Made by a program: the position numbers and the translations under genes. The notes beneath the pieces were generated by a model that was given only the letters and a program-made list of their open reading frames with translations, searched no databases and was not told the origin of the DNA. From a bacterium (GTDB taxonomy: Bacteria > Patescibacteriota > Patescibacteriia > UBA10025), in NCBI GenBank assembly GCA_021815445.1, contig JAKAGM010000002.1:225345-289344 (forward strand): a DNA stretch of 64,000 nucleotides, given 5' to 3'. Positions 27,719 to 37,480 of the stretch are shown here, one piece after another. Each line of letters begins with the position of its first letter. Within the stretch, counting starts at the first letter, position 1.

Positions 27719-28246
27719 ATGAAAGTTCCTACAATCGTCACGAAGAGATTTATTCTCCGCCCGCACACGAAATTCGACGCGCAAACTTTGGCCCGAAATA
27801 TAAACGATCGGATGATAGCGCGAAACACCATGCGAATTGTCTATCCGTACAGATTAAAAAATGCGAAAGAGTGGATTGCGAAGCTGACCAAGGATGCAAG
27901 GAAAAAACAGCCGACATGGCGTCATTTTGCAATCGACATCGGAGGGGAAGTTGTCGGAGGTATCGGATTCGACGGGATTGAACCGGCCCACAAAGCCGAG
28001 CTTGGGTATTGGCTTGCCAGGAAATATTGGGGGCGGGGGATAATGACCGAAGCGGTGCGGGCGGTGGTGAGATACGGCTTTACCACGTTGAGGTTCAAAA
28101 GGATATCCGCCTACACCCTGACTTTTAACACCTCTTCACAACGTGTGCTTAAAAAGAACGGTTTTAAACAGGAGGGGTATTTGCGAGAAAACGTGAAGAA
28201 AAACGGACGATTCGTCGACAGCTATCTTTACGCAAAGACACGCTGA
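27719..28246 (+). CDS. GNAT family N-acetyltransferase (RimJ/RimL-like)
   Basis: FILRPHTKFD..IGGEVVGGIGF..YWLARKYWGRGIMTEAVRAVVRYGF pattern. Confidence 0.7.
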   Translation: MKVPTIVTKRFILRPHTKFDAQTLARNINDRMIARNTMRIVYPYRLKNAKEWIAKLTKDARKKQPTWRHFAIDIGGEVVGGIGFDGIEPAHKAELGYWLARKYWGRGIMTEAVRAVVRYGFTTLRFKRISAYTLTFNTSSQRVLKKNGFKQEGYLRENVKKNGRFVDSYLYAKTR

Positions 28247-28300
28247 TTTCGACGGTGTTGATTATTTCCTGATTTTCTGCTTATACTGAAGTATAACACT

Positions 28301-28765
28301 ATGGAAACGCCGTCAAACAAACTATATCGGTCCCGTCACGACAGGATTATCGCAGGTGTCTGCGGCGGTCTGGCAAAGCATTTTGACTTAGATCCGGTCA
28401 TTGTCCGCGTGCTTTTTGTCCTTCTTTTCCTGGCAAAGGGCGCCAGTTTGCTCGTGTACATCGTGCTGATGATCGTTATCCCCGAGGAACCCGGCCCGGA
28501 AGTGGAAATACATCGTAACGAAAAAGCCAAGGAATTTGTGCGTGAGGTAGGCGAGAAAATACGTTCTGTGGTGGGCGGGGATGCAGCCGGTTCTCAGAAA
28601 CCTTTTGATACGCGGACGATGTTTGCGCTTATTATCATATTCGTAGGTCTGTTGCTGCTCGTACAGCAATTCACTCCGTTCGTATGGCTGCAATGGAGAT
28701 TTATTTGGCCCGCCCTCATTATCGTGATGGGCGTGTTGCTTATTTTCAACCATAAAGAAAAATAA
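28301..28765 (+). CDS. PspC domain-containing membrane protein
   Basis: LYRSRHDRIIAGVCGGLAKHFDLDPVIVRVLFVLL PspC motif. Confidence 0.75.
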   Translation: METPSNKLYRSRHDRIIAGVCGGLAKHFDLDPVIVRVLFVLLFLAKGASLLVYIVLMIVIPEEPGPEVEIHRNEKAKEFVREVGEKIRSVVGGDAAGSQKPFDTRTMFALIIIFVGLLLLVQQFTPFVWLQWRFIWPALIIVMGVLLIFNHKEK

Positions 28766-28766
28766 T

Positions 28767-29807
28767 ATGGACGACCAACAAACTCAAAAAACTGCCAGCC
28801 AAACTCCCTCCAAACATGAGGAGCAGGATCCTTCCGCGGAGTCCAAAGAGCGCGGGCAGGGCAGTGCCCAGCAGCAAAAAACCGAGATTCACCATCATTA
28901 TCACTATGACAGGCAAGGCGGGATGAATTTTGGCAGGATTTTTCTCGGCCTCATCATTCTGGTGATTGGCATGATGTATTTGGCGAACAATCTCGGCTGG
29001 ATGAATCTGAGCCTCCATTTCAACGCGAGCATGATATGGCCCCTCGTCCTCATTTTTATCGGTCTGTCACTATTCCAGCGCCGGGGCTGGTTTGGCGGGG
29101 TATTCGGCATCCTCCTGACTCTTTTGGTCGTTGTCGTCATCGCGATAATGGTATTCGGCGTAGACATGACCGGTACCACAACGGTATCGACTACCAGGTC
29201 AGTTGAAATCCAAAAAAGCGCGGATATTACCTCCGCGCGCGTTGCCATATCATCCGGCGCCGGAAAATTGATTGTCAAAGGCGGTTCATCCCAGCTGGTT
29301 TCCGGAACATTCGCATCGAACTTTCTCACCCTGTCACAGAGCTCGCAGGTTGCGGACAAAATCCAGGATGTCTCCCTAAAAACTGAAGGAAAGTGGACGG
29401 GGTTCGGCCACAAAGTCAACACGTTCGACCTGCTCTTGAATTCCATGACGCCTTTCGCGCTTACATTCGATACCGGCGCTATCGATATGAATATCGATTT
29501 GCGCACTGTGATGGCGACGTCAGTCGATATTTCCACTGGCGCCTCAAAGCTTACTCTCGTATTGGGAGACACCGTAGCATCATCAGCCGTGTCCATAGAT
29601 GCGGGAGCGAGCTCCATAGACATCACCGTCCCGAAAAGTGTCGGGACCCAGGTAAAGATAGATTCGGGGGCATCATCGAAACAGCTTGACGATTTCACCA
29701 AAGTTGACGACAAGACTTATGCCACTGACAATTACTCAACGGCGGAAAAGAAAATTACCATAGACCTTACCGTGGGGGCGACAAGCCTCAACGTCCACAG
29801 GCAGTAA
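28767..29807 (+). CDS. LiaF-like / toastrack (DUF4097-like) membrane-anchored protein
   Basis: Low-complexity N-terminus, TM helices, beta-rich C-terminal repeats (GAGKLIVKGG, SIDAGASSIDIT, KIDSGASS); adjacent to PspC. Confidence 0.5.
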   Translation: MDDQQTQKTASQTPSKHEEQDPSAESKERGQGSAQQQKTEIHHHYHYDRQGGMNFGRIFLGLIILVIGMMYLANNLGWMNLSLHFNASMIWPLVLIFIGLSLFQRRGWFGGVFGILLTLLVVVVIAIMVFGVDMTGTTTVSTTRSVEIQKSADITSARVAISSGAGKLIVKGGSSQLVSGTFASNFLTLSQSSQVADKIQDVSLKTEGKWTGFGHKVNTFDLLLNSMTPFALTFDTGAIDMNIDLRTVMATSVDISTGASKLTLVLGDTVASSAVSIDAGASSIDITVPKSVGTQVKIDSGASSKQLDDFTKVDDKTYATDNYSTAEKKITIDLTVGATSLNVHRQ

Positions 29808-30128
29808 TTTTGTTGAGATATTAGTAGATACGCGGGACACTTTAGTTATCGTGTCTTTGTTGGGTGCGGGAAGATCGCAGCTCCTCCGGAGGGGCTCCAC
29901 TTTTCTTTGCTTGTCCAAAGAAAAGTGGAGAGAAAAGAAAGGACAGCGTGGCGCAAACTCCCCCGTCAGTCGCGACTGACGGGGTCAGACAGTGCGCCCC
30001 GCGATGGGAGAGTGTTTTTCTGGTTTTGTGCAAACCAGCCATCTTCAAGACTGCAACATAGAAACTACCAGCGTGAACTGGTGGTAATTTATTTATTACA
30101 AACTTATTGTGGTGGTCTTCGGAGGAAA

Positions 30129-31145
30129 TTAGAGTGTTGTGATTGGTCGGGACTGTACGATATAGAATTTACCTTTTTCGAAGGCCCACTCTATGTCCTG
30201 AGGGAATTTGTAGTGTTTTTCTATTGAGAGACAAAGTGAGGCAATCTCCATTATCTGTTTGCCGGTGAGTTTTTGTTTGTCGCGCTTTACCTTCGGTACG
30301 GCGACCAGCTTTGATCCGCTCGCCCCTTTTTTGACTATCATGTCTTTTTGCGACGAGACATTAATATCGAGGATGGCGCCGGTTCTTTTGTCAAAAATGT
30401 ACGTATCGGGGGTTATCCTTCCCGAGACGATTGATTCACCTTGGCCCCATCCGGCCTCTAGCACCATCTGATCGCGATCTTTCGTCACGGGATGCGCGGT
30501 AAAAGTTATGCCTGAAATTTCAGAGCTCACCATTTTTTGGACTACGACGGCGACGGACACTTTCTGCTTGTGCATTTTTTTCTCGAAGCGGTAAAAAATT
30601 GCGCGCGGGGTAAAAAGGGACGACCAGCATGTTTTGATCATGCCCAAAAGTTTGCTGCGCGTGACGAAGAGATAGCTCTCAAGCTCGCCGGCCCATGATG
30701 CCACGGAGGAGTCCTCAGCTGTTGCTGACGAACGGACGGCGACAAACGGCGCGCCGAGCTTGTCGAAATCAGCCAGAAACTCCCCGCCCAAGTCTTCTGG
30801 AAATTTTGCCAGGCGTATTTCATCGCGGAGCTCGTGCGATGCCCTGTCAACGGATGAGATATCCTTCGGATTCACCTTGTGAAGCCACTTGTCTATCTCG
30901 ACGTCTATGTCGGTCTCCTCAATGAACCGTTCAAAAGCGTCAGCAAGCACGACGAATCCCGGCGGGACGGGGATTTTTGCCTGGGTCATTTCACCAAGCG
31001 ACGCGCCTTTACCGCCTGCTATTGCCACGTTCTTTTTTGATATTTTAGAAAAGGGGAGAGAGTAGATCATAGGACAATGATAGTATAGCATATGGCTTAT
31101 GGCGAATAGAATGCATGGAACCTGCCGGAGTTTGACGAAGGCCAT
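30129..31145 (-). CDS. Stand-alone PEP synthase/PPDK N-terminal ATP-binding (ATP-grasp, PPDK_N) domain protein
   Basis: FSKISKKNVAIAGGKGASLGEM matches PpsA N-terminal nucleotide-binding motif; 338 aa with no His swivel or PEP-binding domain. Confidence 0.75.
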   Translation of the reverse strand: MAFVKLRQVPCILFAISHMLYYHCPMIYSLPFSKISKKNVAIAGGKGASLGEMTQAKIPVPPGFVVLADAFERFIEETDIDVEIDKWLHKVNPKDISSVDRASHELRDEIRLAKFPEDLGGEFLADFDKLGAPFVAVRSSATAEDSSVASWAGELESYLFVTRSKLLGMIKTCWSSLFTPRAIFYRFEKKMHKQKVSVAVVVQKMVSSEISGITFTAHPVTKDRDQMVLEAGWGQGESIVSGRITPDTYIFDKRTGAILDINVSSQKDMIVKKGASGSKLVAVPKVKRDKQKLTGKQIMEIASLCLSIEKHYKFPQDIEWAFEKGKFYIVQSRPITTL

Positions 31146-31196
31146 GAGCCGTGATAGGGTAACTCTCCAAAACAGGGCCCTTTTCAGGAGGATAAC

Positions 31197-31679
31197 ATGA
31201 AGTTTCCTTTAGCAATCGAGCTGGTGTCATTCAGCCATGCCAACGCTGAGGCGGCTGGGGTATATCCATTCTGTTCGCCAGACAGCAGAACCTTCCAGCA
31301 CATTTTCGATGTGCGGTATTTGCCGAATCCGTTCAATGAGCCGACTCTGCGCGATTTGAACGGACTGGACAAGGCGGTGCGGCAATATGTGCTCCAAAGT
31401 CTATCGACGCACCTCTGGACCTTGATGAGCGAGGTTGTCCGCACGTTGCTCAAAAAGGCGGCAGATGAGCCGGCCGATGCCGCGCCTCTGACTGTCCGGT
31501 TCTGCTTCGGATGTACCGGCGGAAAACACAGGTCAGTCGCTCTTGCCGCAGAGTTTCACGATTGGCTGATGAACACTCACGGTGATGAATGTCTGTCTAT
31601 CTCAATCCGCCATCTGGCGCTTGAGACTCTCGGTGTCACGACACCGCCACTTGGCCAGCCCACAGGGGCAATCGTCTGA
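31197..31679 (+). CDS. RapZ (YvcJ/YhbJ) C-terminal domain-only protein
   Basis: FDVRYLPNPFNEPTLRDLNGLDKAVRQYV and FGCTGGKHRSVALAAEF match RapZ C-terminal domain; N-terminal P-loop kinase domain absent. Confidence 0.7.
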   Translation: MKFPLAIELVSFSHANAEAAGVYPFCSPDSRTFQHIFDVRYLPNPFNEPTLRDLNGLDKAVRQYVLQSLSTHLWTLMSEVVRTLLKKAADEPADAAPLTVRFCFGCTGGKHRSVALAAEFHDWLMNTHGDECLSISIRHLALETLGVTTPPLGQPTGAIV

Positions 31680-31943
31680 CCGGGTCAACAGCATGCGAAC
31701 CCGCCCATCTATCGAGATGAGGCGGTTTTTTTAACCAATCAGCGCACCCGCGCCTGCCCGCCGCAGGGCTTCGGCAGGCGGGGAGGGGTTCGCTGGGAAG
31801 TTGGTAAATTCTTTATTGGTTTAATCCAGCATGTCGGGTTGACAAATGCCCCCGCCCGTGCTAATATGCGAGGTCAAAATCGGACATTGATATCCATGTA
31901 AACACATACAACAGTCGAGCTCAGCTCGACAAGGAGGATTGTA

Positions 31944-32585
31944 GTGAGCATTATTCCAGTTCCAGAGGGGAGTTCCCGTTGCCGTATTTTGGTGCGGCAC
32001 TCGAAATCGGTCCAAGACGGACCGCAGAAGACACGAACACTCACACCCGAAGGCATCCTCCTCGCGAGGAGGATTGCACCGGCATATCGGGGCATCTTTG
32101 CCGACCTTACGGAGAGCTTCGGTGCTCCGCAATTTCGCTATAGCGGTCTCATTCGTGCCGCCCTGACAGGGTGGGAAATCTGCCACCCGCTCCAGCTCGC
32201 GGAAGATCCAAGGCTCACACTCGCAGTGAGTCTTAAGAAGATCCCCGGGGAATGGTACGCAACCCAGAAAGCTGCCGGCAGGACCGTACCGGAGATGATC
32301 CGTGCGGTGGCCGCGGATCTTTCACTCCTGGCAGGCCAGCCGATCGATCAGCGCCTCCAAGAGGTGGAGGAGTTCATGGTTGGGCGCGGAGCCGACGAAG
32401 AACACCGTTTGGTAGTGGGATTCGCCCACGAGCCTGAGCCGGGCCTCCTCGTCGCTACGCGCGGGTGGCTTACCGAAGGGGAAGCGGGTCTCAACGAGTG
32501 TGAGGCCTACATCATCTTCACCGATGAGAACCACAAGGTTCTATCAGCTTCCACGCTCATCCCCCTGGATCCTGAGGCCGTCTGA
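31944..32585 (+). CDS. Histidine phosphatase superfamily protein (SixA-like, tentative)
   Basis: ILVRHSKS (RHG-type motif) and VVGFAHEPE second His region. Confidence 0.4.
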   Translation: MSIIPVPEGSSRCRILVRHSKSVQDGPQKTRTLTPEGILLARRIAPAYRGIFADLTESFGAPQFRYSGLIRAALTGWEICHPLQLAEDPRLTLAVSLKKIPGEWYATQKAAGRTVPEMIRAVAADLSLLAGQPIDQRLQEVEEFMVGRGADEEHRLVVGFAHEPEPGLLVATRGWLTEGEAGLNECEAYIIFTDENHKVLSASTLIPLDPEAV

Positions 32586-32759
32586 TAATGGCCAGTGCTC
32601 AAAAGGGCTCTCGTTGAGTCCCGACGAGCCAAAGTACCCGAACCGCCTTTCGTTTTCGTGTTTTTCACGAGCGACTGGCGGTTCTTTTTTTACTTTAATT
32701 ATCGTTGAAAAACTAAATTATCAGAGGTATACTCAGGGTACTATATAACGCAATCATCT

Positions 32760-33668
32760 ATGCCTCGCCATTTACCAGAGCAAGGGATTTCACCCGGCCC
32801 AGAGTTCCGGGAAGCTGAGACGGAGCATCCCGCGCTTACCGTGTTTCTCATGCGGCACGGAGAGTCCGGCAAGGACAAATCATCTCCGACGCGCGGACTG
32901 ACTGACAAAGGCCGTGAACAGGTAGGCGAAAACTTCAACGGCCTTATCAACCAAATCATCAAAGATGAACTTCCTGAGTTCACCGACTTTGATGATCCTG
33001 AGAAACGCCAACAGGCCGCCCAAGAGGCACTGGGAAAAGTTGAAATACACTTAGCCGACTCCGAGACTGACAGAACCATGGAGCAGGCCTGGCAGGAGCG
33101 AGAAATACTCGCCAAGCTTGGTGTACCCCAGGAACGCATCTTTGTCTCACGCGCAGTGCAGGAATGGGCACGCAAGACCGGCCTTCTCGGACCTGAGGCG
33201 GCAGATCAGGGTGGCCCCGGCGTCAAAAGACGGCTTGTCGGAGTACAGGGAATGGATCAGGCGCCGGAATTCAGAAAACTCATCGACAACCCTGAGTATC
33301 AGGCGAAGGTGGGCGCAAGCGATGAAATCGGCGCATGGGCGCGTACCCCTGACGATGAAGTTCCTGCAGGCGTAGAAAAACATAGTGAGATGGAATCACG
33401 CATGGACAGTGATCTTGCAAAGGTCCAGAGAGTCACTGAAGGACGGCTTGCACATCACCAGCAGCGGGTTGTATATGTCGCTAACAGCCATGCTTCGATT
33501 ATCACATTGGCCGCGGCAAAGGAGCTCGGCATCCCCTTGGAAGAGCTTGGCCATGTGGATAATGCCGAAGGACTCCGGATGGATTTCTATGGATCCGGAA
33601 AAAAGAGAGAGGTGACGCCTTTCGGGAAAAATCTTGAGGCAAAGGCAGCAAGCTTAAAGCAGCAGTAG
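32760..33668 (+). CDS. Histidine phosphatase superfamily (PGAM-like) protein
   Basis: LMRHGESG catalytic motif, later ANSHASIITL. Confidence 0.55.
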   Translation: MPRHLPEQGISPGPEFREAETEHPALTVFLMRHGESGKDKSSPTRGLTDKGREQVGENFNGLINQIIKDELPEFTDFDDPEKRQQAAQEALGKVEIHLADSETDRTMEQAWQEREILAKLGVPQERIFVSRAVQEWARKTGLLGPEAADQGGPGVKRRLVGVQGMDQAPEFRKLIDNPEYQAKVGASDEIGAWARTPDDEVPAGVEKHSEMESRMDSDLAKVQRVTEGRLAHHQQRVVYVANSHASIITLAAAKELGIPLEELGHVDNAEGLRMDFYGSGKKREVTPFGKNLEAKAASLKQQ

Positions 33669-33687
33669 TCTGTCGGGACTGTGTGAG

Positions 33688-35805
33688 TTACCGAAGTTTT
33701 TTTACCGTCCCGTGATATCCATCCACTTCGATGATGTCCCCGTCTTTTATCAAAAGCGTGGATATACGAAGTCCAGTGACGCAGGGGATACCCGCTTCAC
33801 GGGCGAGAGTAGCAGGATGGGAGGTAACACCGGTGCCGCCGTCTGCGACCAAACCGGCTGATTTCTGAATCGCCGTGGAAAAGCTGGGTACCGCCTGCAC
33901 AGTGACGATAATATCGCCGGGTTTGACTTTTGACAGCTCGTCGAGGTTAATGACGAGTTTCGCGGGTCCTTTGGCGCGACCTTCGGACACCGGGGTGCCG
34001 TGCAATATCTTCCACGTCGAAGGAATCTGCAAGAGGTTTTTTTTGATATGCTGAGCTTTTTTACCTGTTGTCACGGTTATCTTGCCATGCGTCGCAGTGT
34101 ACAGCGCAAGATTGTATCTCTCGCGGAGGATGTGTGAGTAATCTCGTCCTTTCACGAGCGCCTGGTACGGTTCCTCGCGGAGACACTGACGGAGGTGGAT
34201 GAGCGGGATCGCCAGACGGCGGGAATACTCGAACAGTACGGTATCAAAGTGGTAGAGGGACAGCGAAACAAACCGCTTGCGAAACTCTTTCAGGTAGATA
34301 CCGTCGCGCATTGCCGCGAAAATTTTTCGCTCTATGGGGCGCAGATGGCACGCTCTCTCGGCAAGTGAAACTCGCTCGACGGCATCTGCGTGGAAACGCT
34401 CGATTCTTTGGATGTTCGCCTGGATATTGCCGCGCTTGAGTATGCCCTGCAAACGGAGAATAAAGTCTTTTGGCTCCCAGACCGGGTCCTCGTAGTCGCG
34501 CGTGATCCAAAAGAACTTTTTGCAGTGCGCGCGGAATTTTCGGGCGAATCCCGGATACCTACCTAAAAGTTTTTCGATTTCCTCCGGCTGTTTTTTCAGC
34601 AACTCTCTCAGCGAACTCGAAGATTGTACGTATGCGGCGAGGGTATAGAGTCCTTTTTCTTCCTCCTTAGGGTACATTGCACGCGTATTTGTCGTCAGCA
34701 TGGTGAAGTAGCGTTGGCGCTGTTCTGAGGAGGAGACTTTAAGGAACAGGAGTCCTTTGAGGTAGCTGTACAGCTGTTTTTCGACTGTCAAAATAGTAAA
34801 ATACGGGCCATACATACTTCTGTAGAGATCAGCGTACTTTTGGTAAAGAAGCGCCAAAGCTGTCGGGCTCATGTTGCGCAGGTTTTTTCTCGCTGTGTGC
34901 TGAGCGAAAGCGACGAGCTTCGTGCCCTGCTTCCTGACCCGTGCAATGATGTGCAGGAAAAATTTGGGATCATCTAAAATCTGGCCCAGGATGTTTTGAG
35001 CGGCAAGATACGCATGCTCCTTGTCGGCAAAAAACCACAACATCCGTTTTTCAAGCATCGCAGTGAGGGGGAAGTAGTGCTTGGCAATGTCAGCGGTGAT
35101 CGTTGTAACGGCTTGCAATGAAAAAACATTTGGCAATGGGCTCATGCGCTGCCGCTGGGAGAGTTCCTGCCATTCGTGATGCGGCCTCCGCCACTTCTTC
35201 CCGAGAATTCTGATGACTTCACGTTCGCACTGTTGAAATGTTTTATAGAAAATGCAATGCACGCCCATTTTTTTCGGCACGATGAGATTTTGTTCCTGGT
35301 CCTCAATAAACAGAATTTCGTCCGGCCGCACATCGAAGCGTGCACATATCCACTCCATGGTTTCTTTGCTGGCTTTTGGCAGCCGTAGTTCCTGCGTGTT
35401 TACCGCATTGTCGAAATGCATCCGAAAGTGTAGACGATCTTCTTTGTATTCGAACCACTGGATGAGGTTTTTACTCAGGATAACGCAAGGATATCCCTCG
35501 AGTCTAAGCTGCTTGACCATGTTGATTGCCGGGGGGTTAAACTGTTGTTGGTCGAGGTGCCACTGGCGCATAGCTCTCCAGTCCTGTTTCCATCCAAGCT
35601 CTTTGATCGGCCGCTGCCATCCTTCGACCTCGGAGATCTTGTTTTCGGCGATCATGTTGAAATATTTGGTATACAGAATGTCATACACCTTTTTCCAGGG
35701 AGTGTGGTGAATCCTGCCGAAATGTTTTGCCGTGCTCTTGTGATCTCCGAGGATGACAACCCCGTTGAAATCAAAAAGGATGAGTTTTATCTTAGGATGT
35801 TTCAT
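33688..35805 (-). CDS. PEP-utilizer swivel-domain paralog 1 (705 aa): HAD-like N-terminus + helical region + C-terminal phosphohistidine domain
   Basis: N-terminal LILFDFNGVV (HAD motif I-like); C-terminal GGTGVTSHPATLAREAGIPCVTG..DGDIIEVDGYHGTVKKL. Confidence 0.7.
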   Translation of the reverse strand: MKHPKIKLILFDFNGVVILGDHKSTAKHFGRIHHTPWKKVYDILYTKYFNMIAENKISEVEGWQRPIKELGWKQDWRAMRQWHLDQQQFNPPAINMVKQLRLEGYPCVILSKNLIQWFEYKEDRLHFRMHFDNAVNTQELRLPKASKETMEWICARFDVRPDEILFIEDQEQNLIVPKKMGVHCIFYKTFQQCEREVIRILGKKWRRPHHEWQELSQRQRMSPLPNVFSLQAVTTITADIAKHYFPLTAMLEKRMLWFFADKEHAYLAAQNILGQILDDPKFFLHIIARVRKQGTKLVAFAQHTARKNLRNMSPTALALLYQKYADLYRSMYGPYFTILTVEKQLYSYLKGLLFLKVSSSEQRQRYFTMLTTNTRAMYPKEEEKGLYTLAAYVQSSSSLRELLKKQPEEIEKLLGRYPGFARKFRAHCKKFFWITRDYEDPVWEPKDFILRLQGILKRGNIQANIQRIERFHADAVERVSLAERACHLRPIERKIFAAMRDGIYLKEFRKRFVSLSLYHFDTVLFEYSRRLAIPLIHLRQCLREEPYQALVKGRDYSHILRERYNLALYTATHGKITVTTGKKAQHIKKNLLQIPSTWKILHGTPVSEGRAKGPAKLVINLDELSKVKPGDIIVTVQAVPSFSTAIQKSAGLVADGGTGVTSHPATLAREAGIPCVTGLRISTLLIKDGDIIEVDGYHGTVKKLR

Positions 35806-36887
35806 AGCCTTATTACTATACCATGAGTCGCGTCAACCTCGACACGGTCGCCATCTTTGAGAACTTTTGTTGCAATTTTCGTACTTATCACGCAAGGAAT
35901 TTTTAATTCCCGGGAAACAATCGCGGCATGGCTTAGCATTCCGCCGCCTTCGTCGGTGACCAGGCCTTTGATCCGTCTCAAAAATGGTATTTGGTTAGGA
36001 TGGGTCATGGGGACGACAAGGATTGGGTTCCGCGGCCAAGAAGTTCTTCTGATTCGTTTTACCACCGTGCCGATAATTCGACCGGGTGATGTGGTCGTAC
36101 CGTGCAGTGCATTCACGCCAATGTATTTACGTCCCTCGGCAAAGTGACGTCGGATTGTGGCAAGCGCTGAATGTCCGCTTTGGATAAACTCTTTCCCGTT
36201 AACATAGAGGTATGCGTAGCCGGAAGCTCTTTTCACCAAGGTTTTCTTTGGAACGGCTAGTTTCGCTGCTGTGAGTGTTTTTCTTAGTTCAGACCGCGTC
36301 ATCATAAGGAGGAGCCGAGCAGGGACATGTATTTTTCTCCCAAAACTTTGTATCGCACGGACAATAAGTTTTTCGCATCGGGGATAAATTTCCGCGAGCT
36401 TGTTGCGTTCCACTGACAACGCGCGAAGGCCTTTTCTGGGGAAACGCGGCATATCTTCCGCGGCAAACTCCAGGTAACGCCAGAAAAGATTAAACCCGCC
36501 GATGCCTCCCATGTACCGGGGGTACTCAGCAATGACAAAGCGCAGAAATCGCTCAGGGTCAGTTTGAACGAGTAGGGAGTACTCCTCGAGTTCCTTTTCA
36601 AACCTTTTACACGCTTGAGCTGCGCGTAACCTTGTACGGCTGACCCATGCCGGGTCGCGGCGGATTCTTTGTGCAACGTTCCGAATTACGAGGTCAATAT
36701 CGTAAAACGTGTGCATTGCCCTTGCGTCTCCTAATGCGCCTGACGGGCCATAGGTGAGGTCGGAAATATTCCTGCATAAGTTTCCATAACCCTCAGCGAT
36801 GCAGCTTTCGGTGAAAAGAGGAAGCTTGCGGTACACGCCGCCTCGCAAGGAAAAGTGGTACCTGACAATTGCTGTTGAGACATCCAT
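35802..36887 (-). CDS. PEP-utilizer swivel-domain paralog 2 (361 aa)
   Basis: C-terminal TSPGRIIGTV..DEGGGMLSHAAIVSRELKIPCVISTKIATKVLKDGDRVEVDATHGIVIRL; 4-nt overlap with paralog 1. Confidence 0.7.
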   Translation of the reverse strand: MDVSTAIVRYHFSLRGGVYRKLPLFTESCIAEGYGNLCRNISDLTYGPSGALGDARAMHTFYDIDLVIRNVAQRIRRDPAWVSRTRLRAAQACKRFEKELEEYSLLVQTDPERFLRFVIAEYPRYMGGIGGFNLFWRYLEFAAEDMPRFPRKGLRALSVERNKLAEIYPRCEKLIVRAIQSFGRKIHVPARLLLMMTRSELRKTLTAAKLAVPKKTLVKRASGYAYLYVNGKEFIQSGHSALATIRRHFAEGRKYIGVNALHGTTTSPGRIIGTVVKRIRRTSWPRNPILVVPMTHPNQIPFLRRIKGLVTDEGGGMLSHAAIVSRELKIPCVISTKIATKVLKDGDRVEVDATHGIVIRL

Positions 36888-36890
36888 GTT

Positions 36891-37475
36891 TCAATCAATT
36901 AATCCAAGTTTGAGGTGTTTATTAAAGCCAGACCATTTCCATTTGGATGGATATTCGACGAGACTGTGTTTAACCGGGTTGTGGTGGATGTATTCGATAT
37001 GCCGGTTGAAGTCCGTCTGATTGCGGATTACATGGTCATGGAAGGAAGTTTGCCATATTTTATGACCATGCATCTTTTTATGATGATCAGGCTCGAAAGC
37101 CTGATCTGCGGTTAGGGAAATATGTTTTTCGGTTTGCGATTTATTCTTCCCGCCCCACCGTAGCTCATGCTTTCGAGCATGAGCAATCCCGATGCCATAA
37201 TCTTGATTGAGCATCCAGCTGAAGTTGCCCTTGATGCTTTGCATTATCTGCGAAATGTTCTTCTTTCCAATAACTGCAACCAGCAGGTGAAAATGATCCG
37301 GCATGATTACCCACGCAAAAAGGTTAATATATTTCTCCTTTACTTGGTAGTTGATACAATTCAAGAGTAGAGCCGCCTTTGTTGGATCATTAAAAATTTT
37401 GGCATTCCGAAACGTCTTGCTGGTTACAAATACATATCGGCTCTCCTCGTCATAATATCTTTTTGGACGAGGCAT
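36891..37475 (-). mobile_element. IS200/IS605-type Y1 HUH transposase (RAYT-like), 194 aa
   Basis: YVFVTSKTFRN...WVIMPDHFHLLV HUH motif and C-terminal conserved Tyr region (HHNPVKHSLV). Confidence 0.6.
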
Positions 37476-37480
37476 AATGA

